Part shown: positions 25,259-37,082 of the stretch, one piece after another | Numbering within the stretch: position 1 is the first letter of the stretch | Layout: each line of letters begins with the position of its first letter | Source of the DNA: Macrostomum hystrix | Taxonomy: Eukaryota > Animalia > Platyhelminthes | Direction of reading: 5' to 3' | Length of the DNA: 64,000 bases | Assembly: GCA_950097015.1 (NCBI GenBank) | Contig: CATNEN010000038.1 | Location: forward strand, 9,796,001-9,860,000 | Translations under genes and position numbers: made by a program | Notes under the pieces: generated by a model | Database searches by the model: none | The model's input: the letters and a program-made list of their open reading frames with translations, nothing else | What the model was told of the DNA's origin: nothing

Positions 25259-26650
25259 CAGCTAATACTAGTACCCATTTTACAGCGAGAACGCATATTG
25301 TCCCCATTGTGCTGAGGTTCGACTGAGAATTTATTGGAAAACTTCCCAAAATGGCCAGATTTTTGGCGGTCGAATTGTGGCACTTAAACTGTGGTAGTCA
25401 AATTGTGGTAGTCAAACTGTGGTAGTTAAACTGTGGTAGTCAAACTGTGGTAGTCAAACTGTGGCACTTAAACTGTGGTAGTCAAACTGTGGTAGTCAAA
25501 CTGTGGTAGTTAAACTGTGGTAGTCAAACTGTGGTAGTCAAACTGTGGTAGTCAAACTGTGGTAGTCAAAGAAGATCTGACTGTGGTAGTCAGACTGTGG
25601 TAGTCAAACTGTGGTAGTCAAACTGTGGCACTTAAACTGTGGTAGTCAAACTGTGGTAGTCAAACTGTGGTAGTTAAACTGTGGTAGTCAAACTGTGGTA
25701 GTCAAACTGTGGCACTTAAACTGTGGTAGTCAAACTGTGGTAGTCAAACTGTGGTAGTTAAACTGTGGTAGTCAAACTGTGGTAGTCAAACTGTGGTAGT
25801 CAAACTGTGGTAGTCAAAGAAGATCTGACTGTGGTAGTCAGACTGTGGTAGTCAAACTGTGGTAGTTAAACTGTGGTAGTCAAACTGTGGTAGTCAAACT
25901 GTGGTAGTCAAACTGTGGTAGTCAAACTGTGGTAGTTAAACTGTGGTAGTCAGACTGTGGTGGTCAAACTGTGGTAGTTAAACTGTGGTAGTCAGACTGT
26001 GGTGGTCAAACTGTGGCAGTTAAACTGTGGTAGTCAGACTGTGGTAGTCAAACTGTGGTAGTTAAACTGTGGTAGTCAAACTGTGGCAGTTAAACTGTGG
26101 TAGTCAGACTGTGGTGGTCAAACTGTGGTAGTTAAACTGTTGTAGTCAAACTGTGGTAGTCAAACTGTGGTAGTCAAACTGTGGTAGTCAAACTGTGGCA
26201 GTTAAACTGTGGTAGTCAGACTGTGGTGGTCAAACTGTGGTAGTCAAACTGTGGTAGTCAAACTGTGGTAGTCAAACTGTGGTAGTCAGACTGTGGTGGT
26301 CAAACTGTGGTAGTCAGACTGTGGTAGTCAAACTGTGGTAGTCAAACTGTTGTAGTCAAACTGTGATATTCAAACTGGGTAGTCAAACTGCGGTAGTCAA
26401 ACTGTGGTAGTCAAACTGTGGTAGTCAAACTGTGGTAGTCAAATTGTGGTAGTCAAACTGTGGTAGTCAAACTGTGGTAGTCAAACTGTGGCAGTCAAAC
26501 TGTGGTAGTCAAACTGTGGTAGTCAAACTGTGGTAGTCAGACTGTGGTGGTCAAACTGTGGTAGTCAGACTGTGGTGGTCAAACTGTGGTAGTCAGACTG
26601 TGGTGGTCAAACTGTGATATTCAAACTTTGGTAGTCAAAATGTGATAGTC
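25259..26650. repeat. ~120-bp leader + 14-bp satellite (TCAAACTGTGGTAG)n, copy 1
   Basis: Leader is near-identical to 28541-28660. Confidence 0.95.
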
Positions 26651-27130
26651 TGAAGTTAAACATCAGGGTAAAAATCCTGTTCGCATTGTCATTGTGGTAC
26701 CTGTGAGTTGCAGCTTTGCGTGAACTTATTCAACAGCCTCCTTAGAAGGAACTGAATTTCAATAATAACTGCCATTTTCGATCATGATTGAATTTTCCAT
26801 TCAGCTCCTGAACATCCACAATAGGCACACCCGGTTCTAATTATTAGTCACAATGCAACCTGCATGTCCACGATAAAAAATTCAATACCGGAGGTGGAGA
26901 AGCTAAATATTCTTTTTTAATCAGGTGATGGCTCCACATAGAGACAATATTTCTCGAACAAATCAATAAAATTCTAAAGAGTTACATTATTTGATTATAG
27001 GACATAAATAACCCAGAGCCTAAAGTACGCCCCTAGACCTCAGCGTCAGTTTTTTAATTCTCCCACCCATGCAGGCATCACATCCTCATTGATTGTCGGA
27101 CTCAGAGCAAGCCAGCTCTCAATTAGCGCC

Positions 27131-28543
27131 TCAATTAACGTTTGAACCGACCGCCCGCTTGCGCCACGCGACCTGGCAACAGTCGTGCAGCAGCTCCAGC
27201 AGCTCCAGAGCGGACAGCAGCGACATGGCCAAGAAGAGTCCAAGTAGGCCGCCAACATCCGCAGTCAGCGAGCCGAATCCATAGGCGAGTGACAGACGCA
27301 CCTCCTGGCTCTTGAACTCGGTGGCTGAGAGTTCCATTAGAAGCAGCGACTCGCGCACCTTCAAGAAGCTTGCATTGTTTACCAGGTACGATAGGCCAGG
27401 TGTTGGTCCGTCTTTGTCCACAAAGCGAGCTGAGACGTGGTTGCTCATGAAGACTTCCCAGTCTCTAAGGGACGGCCAGAGGCTGGATGAGTAATCGTAG
27501 CTGTAGGTGCGCTGGCGGCAAGGCAGCTGGCCCGAGCATCGCGCGGTGGCCCGGTGCAAAATGCGCTCCCTCTTCTGAAAGATGTCAAAGCTTAGAAGCG
27601 GTGGCGTGGGATACTGCGTCAGGTTAAAACAGGACGGCGCCAGTCGATACTCCCACGGCAGTGGAAACCGCCACATTGTACAATTGAACTGCTCCAGGGA
27701 CAGACGGGCGACTTCCCTGTACCAGCAGAATATGCTGCTGTACTTGTACAGGACCTTATCCTGGCTGTACGGCTCAACAAACTCAACATATCTGTTGCTA
27801 CTTTCGCATCTCTTGACGCCGCCGTCCTCGTCAATGACTGTATCCTGCATCTTGATGGATATTCGATGACTCTGCGCTGGTCCGATGGTCAGAAACGCGT
27901 CTAACTGGCCTGGAAACTGACCTCTTGGCGTCATGAAAACGTGCAACTTCATTGGTCCCTTGAATTCAACGCCATAATTGAAACTCCAATCGACTGGCTT
28001 CACGTTGATGTCGGCGTCCATGAAGCGCAGGACGTCCTGCTCCGTTGAATTGTCGAACGGTGCCGGAAGCAGAGGGTCGAGAAACAGGCCGAACTGCACG
28101 TAGCTGGTCGGGTTCTGCAACACCCGAATGTCTTGGTCCGTCAGATTGAACGCGAAGCAGTTGAGAAAGCCGGGGTGCCTGAAGTTCCTCATGAAGGGAT
28201 GCGAATCTCCGCTGATGTAGTACTGCGCAACCAGCTGGTTCAGCCTGCGGCCCATCCTGTCAGCCAGAAACTGGTACGGCAATGTGTTCACGAGCCTGAT
28301 GGCGTAGTTCTCGGCCATCATGTCTGCGCCATTCCGATGCTCGATTCCTTCGAAGCTCAGCCTCAGCAGCGTGGCGTCCTCTGGACCGAGTGTCACCGAG
28401 TAGCTGCCGGATATTGGGCTCTGGTTACATACGTAGACCTCGGGGAATTCAAAGTCCAGTTCGTTCGCTCGAATCGTTGTCTTGATCTCGCCGCCGATGA
28501 AGCTGCGATAAGACTCGTGAATGCGCAAGGCGCAGCAGCTCAG
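27131..28543 (-). CDS. DEG/ENaC/ASIC-family channel subunit; one long exon from the end of TM1 to the stop; N-terminal exon not found
   Basis: FPEVYVCNQSP just after TM1, Cys-rich thumb region (C..C...LPC), TM2 ADVGGLLGLFLAMSLLSALELLEL. The in-frame TAG just upstream of LSCCALRIH may serve as a splice acceptor. Confidence 0.82.
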   Translation of the reverse strand: MSCCALRIHESYRSFIGGEIKTTIRANELDFEFPEVYVCNQSPISGSYSVTLGPEDATLLRLSFEGIEHRNGADMMAENYAIRLVNTLPYQFLADRMGRRLNQLVAQYYISGDSHPFMRNFRHPGFLNCFAFNLTDQDIRVLQNPTSYVQFGLFLDPLLPAPFDNSTEQDVLRFMDADINVKPVDWSFNYGVEFKGPMKLHVFMTPRGQFPGQLDAFLTIGPAQSHRISIKMQDTVIDEDGGVKRCESSNRYVEFVEPYSQDKVLYKYSSIFCWYREVARLSLEQFNCTMWRFPLPWEYRLAPSCFNLTQYPTPPLLSFDIFQKRERILHRATARCSGQLPCRQRTYSYDYSSSLWPSLRDWEVFMSNHVSARFVDKDGPTPGLSYLVNNASFLKVRESLLLMELSATEFKSQEVRLSLAYGFGSLTADVGGLLGLFLAMSLLSALELLELLHDCCQVAWRKRAVGSNVN

Positions 28544-31500
28544 CTAATACTAGTACACATTTTACAGCGAGAACGCATATTGTCCCCATTGTGCTGAGGT
28601 GCGACTGAGAATTTATTGGAAAACTTCCCAAAATGGCCAGATTTTTGGCGGTCGAATTGTGGCACTTAAACTGTAGTAGTTAAACTGTGGTAGTTCAACT
28701 GTGGTAGTCAAACTGTGGTAGTCAAACTGTGGTAGTCAAACTGTGATATTCAAACTGGGTAGTCAAACTGCGGTAGTCAAACTGTGGTAGTCAAACTGTG
28801 GTAGTCAAACTGTGGTAGTCAAACTGTGGCAGTCAAACTGTGGTAGTCAAACTGTGGTAGTCAAACTGTGGTAGTCAAACTGAAATTCAAACTGTGGTAG
28901 TCAAACTGATATACAAACTGTGGTAGTCAGACTGTGGTAGTCAAACTGTGGTAGTCAATCTGTGGTAGTCAAACTGTGGTAGTCAAACTGTGGTAGTCAA
29001 ACTGTGGTAGTCAAACTGTGGTAGTTAAACTGTGGTAGTCAAACTGTGGTAGTCAAACTGTGGTAGTCAAACTGTGGTAGTCAAACTGTGGTAGTCAAAC
29101 TGTGGCAGTCAAACTGTGGTAGTCAAACTGTGGTAGTCAAACTGTGGTAGTCAAACTGAAATTCAAACTGTGGTAGTCAAACTGATATACAAACTGTGGT
29201 AGTCAGACTGTGGTAGTCAAACTGTGGTAGTCAATCTGTGGTAGTCAAACTGTGGTAGTCAAACTGTGGTAGTCAAACTGTGGTAGTCAAACTGTGGTAG
29301 TTAAACTGTGGTAGTCAAACTGTGGTAGTCAAACTGTGGTAGTCAAACTGTGGTAGTCAAACTGTGGTAGTTAAACTGTGGTAGTCAAACTGTGGTAGTT
29401 AAACTGTGGTAGTCAAACTGTGTTATTCAAACTGTGGTAGTCAAACTGTGGTAGTTAAACTGTGGTAGTCAAACTGTGGTAGTCAAACTGTGGTAGTCAA
29501 ACTGTGGTAGTCAAACTGTGGTAGTTAAACTGTGGTAGTCAAACTGTGGCAGTCAAACTGTGGTAGTCAATCTGTGGTAGTCAAACTGTGGTAGTCAAAC
29601 TGAAATTCAAACTGTGGTAGTCAAACTGATATACAAACTGTGGTAGTCAGACTGTGGTAGTCAAACTGTGGTAGTCAATCTGTGGTAGTCAAACTGTGGT
29701 AGTCAAACTGTGGTAGTCAAACTGTGGTAGTCAAACTGTGGTAGTTAAACTGTGGTAGTCAAACTGTGGTAGTCAAACTGTGGTAGTCAAACTGTGGTAG
29801 TCAAACTGTGGTAGTTAAACTGTGGTAGTCAAACTGTGGTAGTTAAACTGTGGTAGTCAAACTGTGTTATTCAAACTGTGGTAGTCAAACTGTGGTAGTT
29901 AAACTGTGGTATTCAATCTGTGGTAGTCAAACTGTGGCAGTCAAACTTTGGCAGTCAAACTGTGGTAGTCAAACTGTGGAAGTCAAACTGTGGTAGTCAA
30001 ACTGTGGCAGTCAAACTGTGGTAGTCAAACTGTGGTAGTCAAACTGTGGTAGTCAAACTGAAATTCAAACTGTGGTAGTCAAACTGATATACAAACTGTG
30101 GTAGTCAGACTGTGGTAGTCAAACTGTGGTAGTCAATCTGTGGTAGTCAAACTGTGGTAGTCAAACTGTGGTAGTCAAACTGTGGTAGTCAAACTGTGGT
30201 AGTCAAACTGTGGTAGTTAAACTGTGGTAGTCAAACTGTGGTAGTCAAACTGTGGTAGTCAAACTGTGGTAGTCAAACTGTGGTAGTTAAACTGTGGTAG
30301 TCAAACTGTGGTAGTTAAACTGTGGTAGTCAAACTGTGTTATTCAAACTGTGGTAGTCAAACTGTGGTAGTTAAACTGTGGTATTCAATCTGTGGTAGTC
30401 AAACTGTGGCAGTCAAACTTTGGCAGTCAAACTGTGGTAGTCAAACTGTGGAAGTCAAACTGTGGTAGTCAAACTGTGGCAGTCAAACTGTGGTAGTCAA
30501 ACTGTGGTAGTCAAACTGTGGTAGTCAAACTGTGGTAGTCAAACTGTGGTAGTCAAACTGTGGTAGTTAAACTGTGGTAGTCAAACTGTGGTAGTCAAAC
30601 TGTGGTAGTCAAACTGTGGTAGTCAAACTGTGGTAGTTAAACTGTGGTAGTCAAACTGTGGTAGTTAAACTGTGGTAGTCAAACTGTGTTATTCAAACTG
30701 TGGTAGTCAAACTGTGGTAGTTAAACTGTGGTATTCAATCTGTGGTAGTCAAACTGTGGCAGTCAAACTTTGGCAGTCAAACTGTGGTAGTCAAACTGTG
30801 GAAGTCAAACTGTGGTAGTCAAACTGTGGCAGTCAAACTGTGGTAGTCAAACTGTGGTAGTCAAACTGTGGTAGTCAAACTGTGGCAGTCAAACTGTGGC
30901 AGTCAAACTGTGGTAGTCAAACTGTGGCAGTCAAAGTGTGGCAGTCAAACTGTGGCAGTCAAACTGTGGTAGTCAGACTGTGGCAGTCAAACTGTGGCAG
31001 TCAAACTGTGGTAGTCAAACTGTGGTAGTCAAACTGTGGTAGTTAAACTGTGGTATTTAAACTGTGGTAGTCAAACTGTAGTAGTCAAACTGTAGTAGTC
31101 AAACTGTGGTAGTCAAACTGTGGTAGTCAAACTGAAATTCAAACTGTGGTAGTCAAACTGATATACAAACTGTGGTAGTCAGACTGTGGTAGTCAAACTG
31201 TGGTAGTCAATCTGTGGTAGTCAAACTGTGGTAGTCAAACTGTGGTAGTCAAACTGTGGTAGTCAAACTGTGGTAGTTAAACTGTGGTAGTCAAACTGTG
31301 GTAGTCAAACTGTGGTAGTCAAACTGTGGTAGTCAAACTGTGGTAGTTAAACTGTGGTAGTCAAACTGTGGTAGTTAAACTGTGGTAGTCAAACTGTGTT
31401 ATTCAAACTGTGGTAGTCAAACTGTGGTAGTTAAACTGTGGTATTCAATCTGTGGTAGTCAAACTGTGGCAGTCAAACTTTGGCAGTCAAACTGTGGTAG

Positions 31501-32551
31501 TCAAACTGTGGAAGTCAAACTGTGGTAGTCAAACTGTGGCAGTCAAACTGTGGTAGTCAAACTGTGGTAGTCAAACTGTGGTAGTCAAACTGAAATTCAA
31601 ACTGTGGTAGTCAAACTGATATACAAACTGTGGTAGTCAGACTGTGGTAGTCAAACTGTGGTAGTCAATCTGTGGTAGTCAAACTGTGGTAGTCAAACTG
31701 TGGTAGTCAAACTGTGGTAGTCAAACTGTGGTAGTCAAACTGTGGTAGTTAAACTGTGGTAGTCAAACTGTGGTAGTCAAACTGTGGTAGTCAAACTGTG
31801 GTAGTCAAACTGTGGTAGTTAAACTGTGGTAGTCAAACTGTGGTAGTTAAACTGTGGTAGTCAAACTGTGTTATTCAAACTGTGGTAGTCAAACTGTGGT
31901 AGTTAAACTGTGGTATTCAATCTGTGGTAGTCAAACTGTGGCAGTCAAACTTTGGCAGTCAAACTGTGGTAGTCAAACTGTGGAAGTCAAACTGTGGTAG
32001 TCAAACTGTGGCAGTCAAACTGTGGTAGTCAAACTGTGGTAGTCAAACTGTGGTAGTCAAACTGTGGCAGTCAAACTGTGGCAGTCAAACTGTGGTAGTC
32101 AAACTGTGGCAGTCAAACTGTGGCAGTCAAACTGTGGCAGTCAAACTGTGGTAGTCAGACTGTGGCAGTCAAACTGTGGCAGTCAAACTGTGGTAGTCAA
32201 ACTGTGGTAGTCAAACTGTGGTAGTTAAACTGTGGTATTTAAACTGTGGTAGTCAAACTGTGGTAGTCAAACTGTGGTAGTCAAACTGTAGTAGTCAAAC
32301 TGTGGTAGTCAAACTGTGGCAGTCAAACTGTGGTAGTCAAACTGTAGTAGTCAAACTGTGGCAGTCAAACTGTGGCAGTCAAACTGTGGCAGTCAAACTG
32401 TAGTAGTCAAACTGTGGCAGTTAAACTGTGGCAGTCAAACTGTGGTAGTCAAACTGTGGCAGTCAAACTGTGGTAGTCAAACTGTAGTAGTCAAACTGTG
32501 GCAGTCAAACTGTGGCAGTCAAACTGTGGTAGTCAAACTGTAGTAGTCAAA
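28541..32551. repeat. ~120-bp leader + 14-bp satellite (TCAAACTGTGGTAG)n, copy 2, with higher-order structure
   Basis: 3.9-kb array with recurring variant blocks. Confidence 0.97.
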
Positions 32552-33435
32552 CAGGGATGCTTGCGTGAAGTGGTCTGGGCAAGCTGTTAAAGAGATCCCT
32601 GTGAGATGTTTGCTCACGATGCTCAGTATTTTAATTACAATCCTCAGTACAACAGCTCACGCAGTGCTCTGAGCAGTGAGCATGCATTTTATTTCGAGAT
32701 TATTTGTTAAGTTTTTATTAATAGAAATATTGATAATTTATCTGAGAAGATTCTGAGAGACAAATCCAAAAATAACTTGAAGACCGCCTGGACAAAAACT
32801 AGGTCTAGAGTGCAGGCATGGCAACCGATCAATAGCAACGCGGCTGACAAAACTATTTTATTCACCATCTGAGATTTTTCTGACGTAACTGTATAAACCA
32901 CCTTTACGACAACAGAATTGAACACATTAATACATAAAGTAAAATTAACACTACTCCGTTTAACATTTTCGGTGAACGAAAAAATGAAAAAATAAATTCT
33001 TCTTTTTTGTTTTAGTAGCGTTAATTACAAATATACGGTTTTAAAACTACATTTTAATACCACAATAAATAAGAGCTAGCTAGTATAAGACAGTGCACAA
33101 ATCAATGGTCGCTTCACATTATTATAAATGAGTGATTTAAAATTATTTTAAGTTTCTTATTAGTTTTTTCTTTTATTTCAGGTTGTGCACTGCTAAACGA
33201 CCTTTTTTAATTTCTAAAATTTCCTTTAAGCATAGCTCACTGGCTAAAATCAGGTGGACACAGGAGCTTCAGCTAAAATGTGGAGAATTTATTGAGCTTT
33301 TAAAAAAGACATTTCGAAAATATGTTGCATGATATCGGTCTTGTTTGCGTCTCTGACTAAGTAGTGTATCAGAATTTTCTAACCTGCTCAGTGTATTTTC
33401 GGGACAGCCAGTCAGCCTACACTAGTCTTAAAAAT

Positions 33436-33780
33436 GGGTGCTTGGCGGTGAGTTGTCTCTCCAATTTCTAGAATCTGAGCTCCATGAGCTCTTTGGGGAG
33501 GCCACATTCATTAGGAGGGAATTATTGGAGGCTTGTCGTGTAATTTACAACCTAGACGACCAACCTCAAAGGCGCAGTGAGAGTGTACACTGCCTGACGA
33601 TGAGAAAGTCAGGGCAGATGTACTCACCTGTGTGAGCGTGTGCCTGCGTGCTGCATCAATGTGCGCGTGTGCTCAGGAGTCAGCGAAATGGGCAGAATTG
33701 CCTCTCGCTGGCTGCGGGTCTAGTGTCAACAAATGATGTGCCATTGCCCGAAGCCCTCCTGCAGTCATTATTATTATTAC
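33436..33780 (+). mobile_element. SINE family 1 copy
   Basis: Shared core GAGAGTGTACACTGCCTGACGATGAGAAAGTCAGGGCAGATGTAC and (TAT)n tail. Confidence 0.8.
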
Positions 33781-33847
33781 GAGTATTTAAGCATTCTAGT
33801 CTGCACGGCACGTCAGTTGTAAAAAACGGGAGCACAAAAGCTCAACT

Positions 33848-34906
33848 TCACGGCAGGAAGCCAGATTCGTACTGATCTCCGATTCCGTGATGCAGGTAGG
33901 TGAGGTTCTTGAACCGGTAGATCTCTCTGAGCGGAACGAACATGCTCAGTGCCAGTGTCTTGATTGGCGCATCGCCCCACCTGTGCGTGTAGATGCCTCC
34001 CAGCGAGTCGATGTGCTCAATGAAGTCCCTGTACTGCTGGGAGCGCCAGAACGTCATGCTGGACACCTCGAAGTTATTGAAGAAGGCCTCATTTTTCTTC
34101 AACCGAGTGAAGAACGTTGCGTTAATGGACCTCGAGGCAATGTACTCCTTCGCAATGTCAAACAGCCTGTCGGCGCACTCATCGATGGAGGCCTGGAAGT
34201 AGCCGTAGGAGCACCCGGCCCTCCTGAGCTGGGCAAACGGGTCGTACGGCATTGTCGTGATGATGAACGAGTCGTCATCCAGCCTCCAGTAGTAGTCGAA
34301 GAGGTCCATGACCGGCTGCTCGTACAAGATCTTGGACTGGAAGCGGCACATGTGCCTGTAGCCCAAGTTGATGGCGCTGGAGTTGCAAATCGGCGGCAGC
34401 TTCGACCACTGGCTGGCATCGCCGAACTTCTTCAGCAGCCAATCCGGCGTCTTCAGGCTCAGCAGCTGGAAGAAGATACACGAGCCGTTGGACAGAGCGC
34501 CGGCGTTGCGAGCAGCGCTAGTTAGAGGCAGAAACTCGGCTTCGTGGAACAGGACGATCGGGTAGCGGTGGCGCCTGTTGAAGTTGCGCATGAGCAGTCG
34601 CAGGGTCTTGAGCAGTTTTCTTATCCTGCGGCTCCTCGCCATGATAAAAATCACGGCGTTCACCTGGCGGTGCTCACTGGCCAGAAAGTGGCGCAATTTG
34701 AGCAGCTCAGCGGCGTTGTAGATGAGGGTGTCGACTTGAGACAGCGAGCTGTGGTCCTCCAGGTCTGAGACACTGTAGTGAAGGATCAAGCTGGTCACAT
34801 TGTTGTAGTCTGGGTCTGCGAAGTAATACGCAACGCAGCCTAGCATTGCCAGCAGAGGAATCGCCTTGACTAGCACCCAACGCCTTCTCCACAGCTTGAT
34901 TAGCAT
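33848..34906 (-). CDS. Glycosyltransferase family 15 (KRE2/MNT1/KTR-like alpha-1,2-mannosyltransferase), intronless, type II membrane anchor
   Basis: 352-aa ORF with an N-terminal TM segment (VLVKAIPLLAMLGCVAYYF) and GT15 motifs YRHMCRF, YYWRLDDDS, NNFEV, GGIYTHRWGDAPI. Confidence 0.88.
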   Translation of the reverse strand: MLIKLWRRRWVLVKAIPLLAMLGCVAYYFADPDYNNVTSLILHYSVSDLEDHSSLSQVDTLIYNAAELLKLRHFLASEHRQVNAVIFIMARSRRIRKLLKTLRLLMRNFNRRHRYPIVLFHEAEFLPLTSAARNAGALSNGSCIFFQLLSLKTPDWLLKKFGDASQWSKLPPICNSSAINLGYRHMCRFQSKILYEQPVMDLFDYYWRLDDDSFIITTMPYDPFAQLRRAGCSYGYFQASIDECADRLFDIAKEYIASRSINATFFTRLKKNEAFFNNFEVSSMTFWRSQQYRDFIEHIDSLGGIYTHRWGDAPIKTLALSMFVPLREIYRFKNLTYLHHGIGDQYESGFLP

Positions 34907-35671
34907 GCCGATTTTGATTGATCAAGTCTACGTGACCAGGAAGCTATTGACGACCTTGAAGCTAGGATGTGAAACTTTAAGCTTTCAAGAGCTGTACAAT
35001 GCCGCAGCAATGTTTCGTGCTGACAAGCAGCCTCAGCAACGACCAATAGACCAGTGCGGTCAGCTACCAACCAGCTGCCAATGGAGGCTAAAGGAATGAG
35101 TCTGTGCTGACTTAAAATAATTTTCTATCATTGATGAGGCACCACAGCCGTGAAGCTCAGGTAAATCTACACACGAATTGAGTATGAATATCGATTGGGG
35201 ACAAGAAGGAAAGAAAGGATAAGCCGCCCCAACCAGCCCTATTGTCCCACTTTCCTACCCCAGTTTCTGTTGCTCATACGAGAATAGTCGTATAGTTATT
35301 TAGTGGGAGAACGAATTACTGAATCTATCTACGTCTATGAGTACAGGGTGGGGATTTGCTGGGAGTTTTGCACGACGATTTTCCCAGATGGTTTGCATAC
35401 AATATTATTTATAATTAATAGCCTATACTGTCTGCGCCAAGGTCATGTAACAACGCCACCGTTTTCTTATTCGTCTGGAACGTACTGCAGTTTTCTCGGC
35501 TACGTTTTCATGCGAGTTCGGATACTGACTTCCTACTTTCAGTAGCGTGATGGGACGGGTGCAATTACGGCCTGTAATTACCGTGCGCTCGCCGAAAAGA
35601 CTAGACCACCTTTCGTCAAATCGATAAAAATCGTCAATCTACTCTTTTGAAATGTACAATTTCATTTATAT

Positions 35672-36005
35672 TAATAACAATAACTGCAAAAGGACAGTAG
35701 ACAATGGTACATCATTTGGTGACACTAGATCCACAGCCAGCGAGGAGGCAACTTTGCCCATTTCACTGACTCCTGGGCCCACGCTCACACAGGTGAGTAC
35801 ATCTGCCCTGAATTTTTCATCGTAAGGCAGTGTACACTCTCACTGTGCCTTGGAGGTTGACCCTCAAGGGCGCGAATTGCACGACAAGCCCCCAAGCCTT
35901 CTCTCCGCGGCTGAGCCCCGAATGAATGTGGCCTCGCCTCGGAATCGAGCTCAGGGGCCTTGGGTTCGAGAGACAAGCGCATTAACCGCACTGCCACTCG
36001 CCCCC
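35672..36005 (-). mobile_element. SINE family 1 copy with the most complete tRNA-like head
   Basis: Minus-strand head GGCGAGTGGCAGTGCGGTTAATGCGCTTGTCTCTCGAACCCAAGGCCCCTGAGCTCGATTCC contains A-box-like and B-box-like motifs. Confidence 0.8.
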
Positions 36006-37082
36006 AACCCCTCCGTCGAATTAAAATTTCATTAATCAACTATTTTCTTAATCTTTGTCCCTTCGTCTATACACCGTTATGTAAATATCTGCCGTTTTAC
36101 TAATGTACTTATTTCGTATCTAATTCACCGAAATGGACAGTGAATATCGAATCTAATTATGAACTAACAGTTGTCATAAAATGACAGTCACGGGTTGTTC
36201 GCGACAGGATATTAAAAAGTAAACTAGTAATTATCTTTTTTAAGTAATCGTTAGCCACCTTTGATAAGCGAAAATTATTTACAATTTTCTTCCTGCAAAG
36301 GCAAAGATAATGATTTTGTTGTTTCCGAATTTAGCTAAATTATTATGATTAGAATTAGGTTTCACTTTAAAAACCTTTTTAATCTTGTGTCACCTTGATA
36401 ACACATCGCCAAATCTTTCTAAGAAGCTTTCTAGGACGCGAGGTGTCAGTCCTTAAACTGATAAAGATGACATAATTGTGAATGATTTGTTAGACTAAGT
36501 TACGGCTCGTAGTATATTTGTTTGCAGCAAGTGAATGGAACTTCACATTCCTACTGGTAGTTTAGCATTTCGTCTTCCATATTTTACCACCACGATAAAT
36601 TAAAAATATAGTTTTCTTAGATGTGCAGAATATTTGCTGCACTACTGAGTTCTATAAAAAAAGAGTTCTATGAAAGCGACATTACATTTTCATCGTCATT
36701 ATATCGTGACAGATTGGTAATGTATGTTCCAGAGACAACACGGAGCAAATAATAAAGAGCAGTATTGTTTCACTAATGTGAAAAACAACTATTTTGTTTT
36801 AAATGATGAGACTACAGCACTGCAGCTCTCCGCTAAACTAAGAAATAATTAGAAGAGTGCACAACACAACTCACTATTAGTGTCGAAACTTGGTAAGATA
36901 TAGTGTGGTAAGTCCTCATATCATCCTCTGGTTGGGGACTTAAGGATTCAATAGTCGAATGTGACAGACTCATAACTATAATGTCATTCAAACTTCAAAA
37001 ATATAATGTCAATGTCACACCTGAATCTCCAGGTTTCAACCTTCAGGTCTCAACATCCTAGCCTTACTACCCATAAATCAAC

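Noticed and set aside
32707-32925. Signal-peptide-like ORF (MVNKIVLSAALLLIGCHAC...) as the ENaC first exon or a separate secreted protein
   Set aside because: ENaC subunits lack signal peptides, and I found no convincing donor or downstream exon. Unresolved.
33887-34525. 212-aa + strand ORF, and similar antisense ORFs over GPCR, ENaC and transposon exons
   Set aside because: Antisense shadows of GC3-rich coding sequence.
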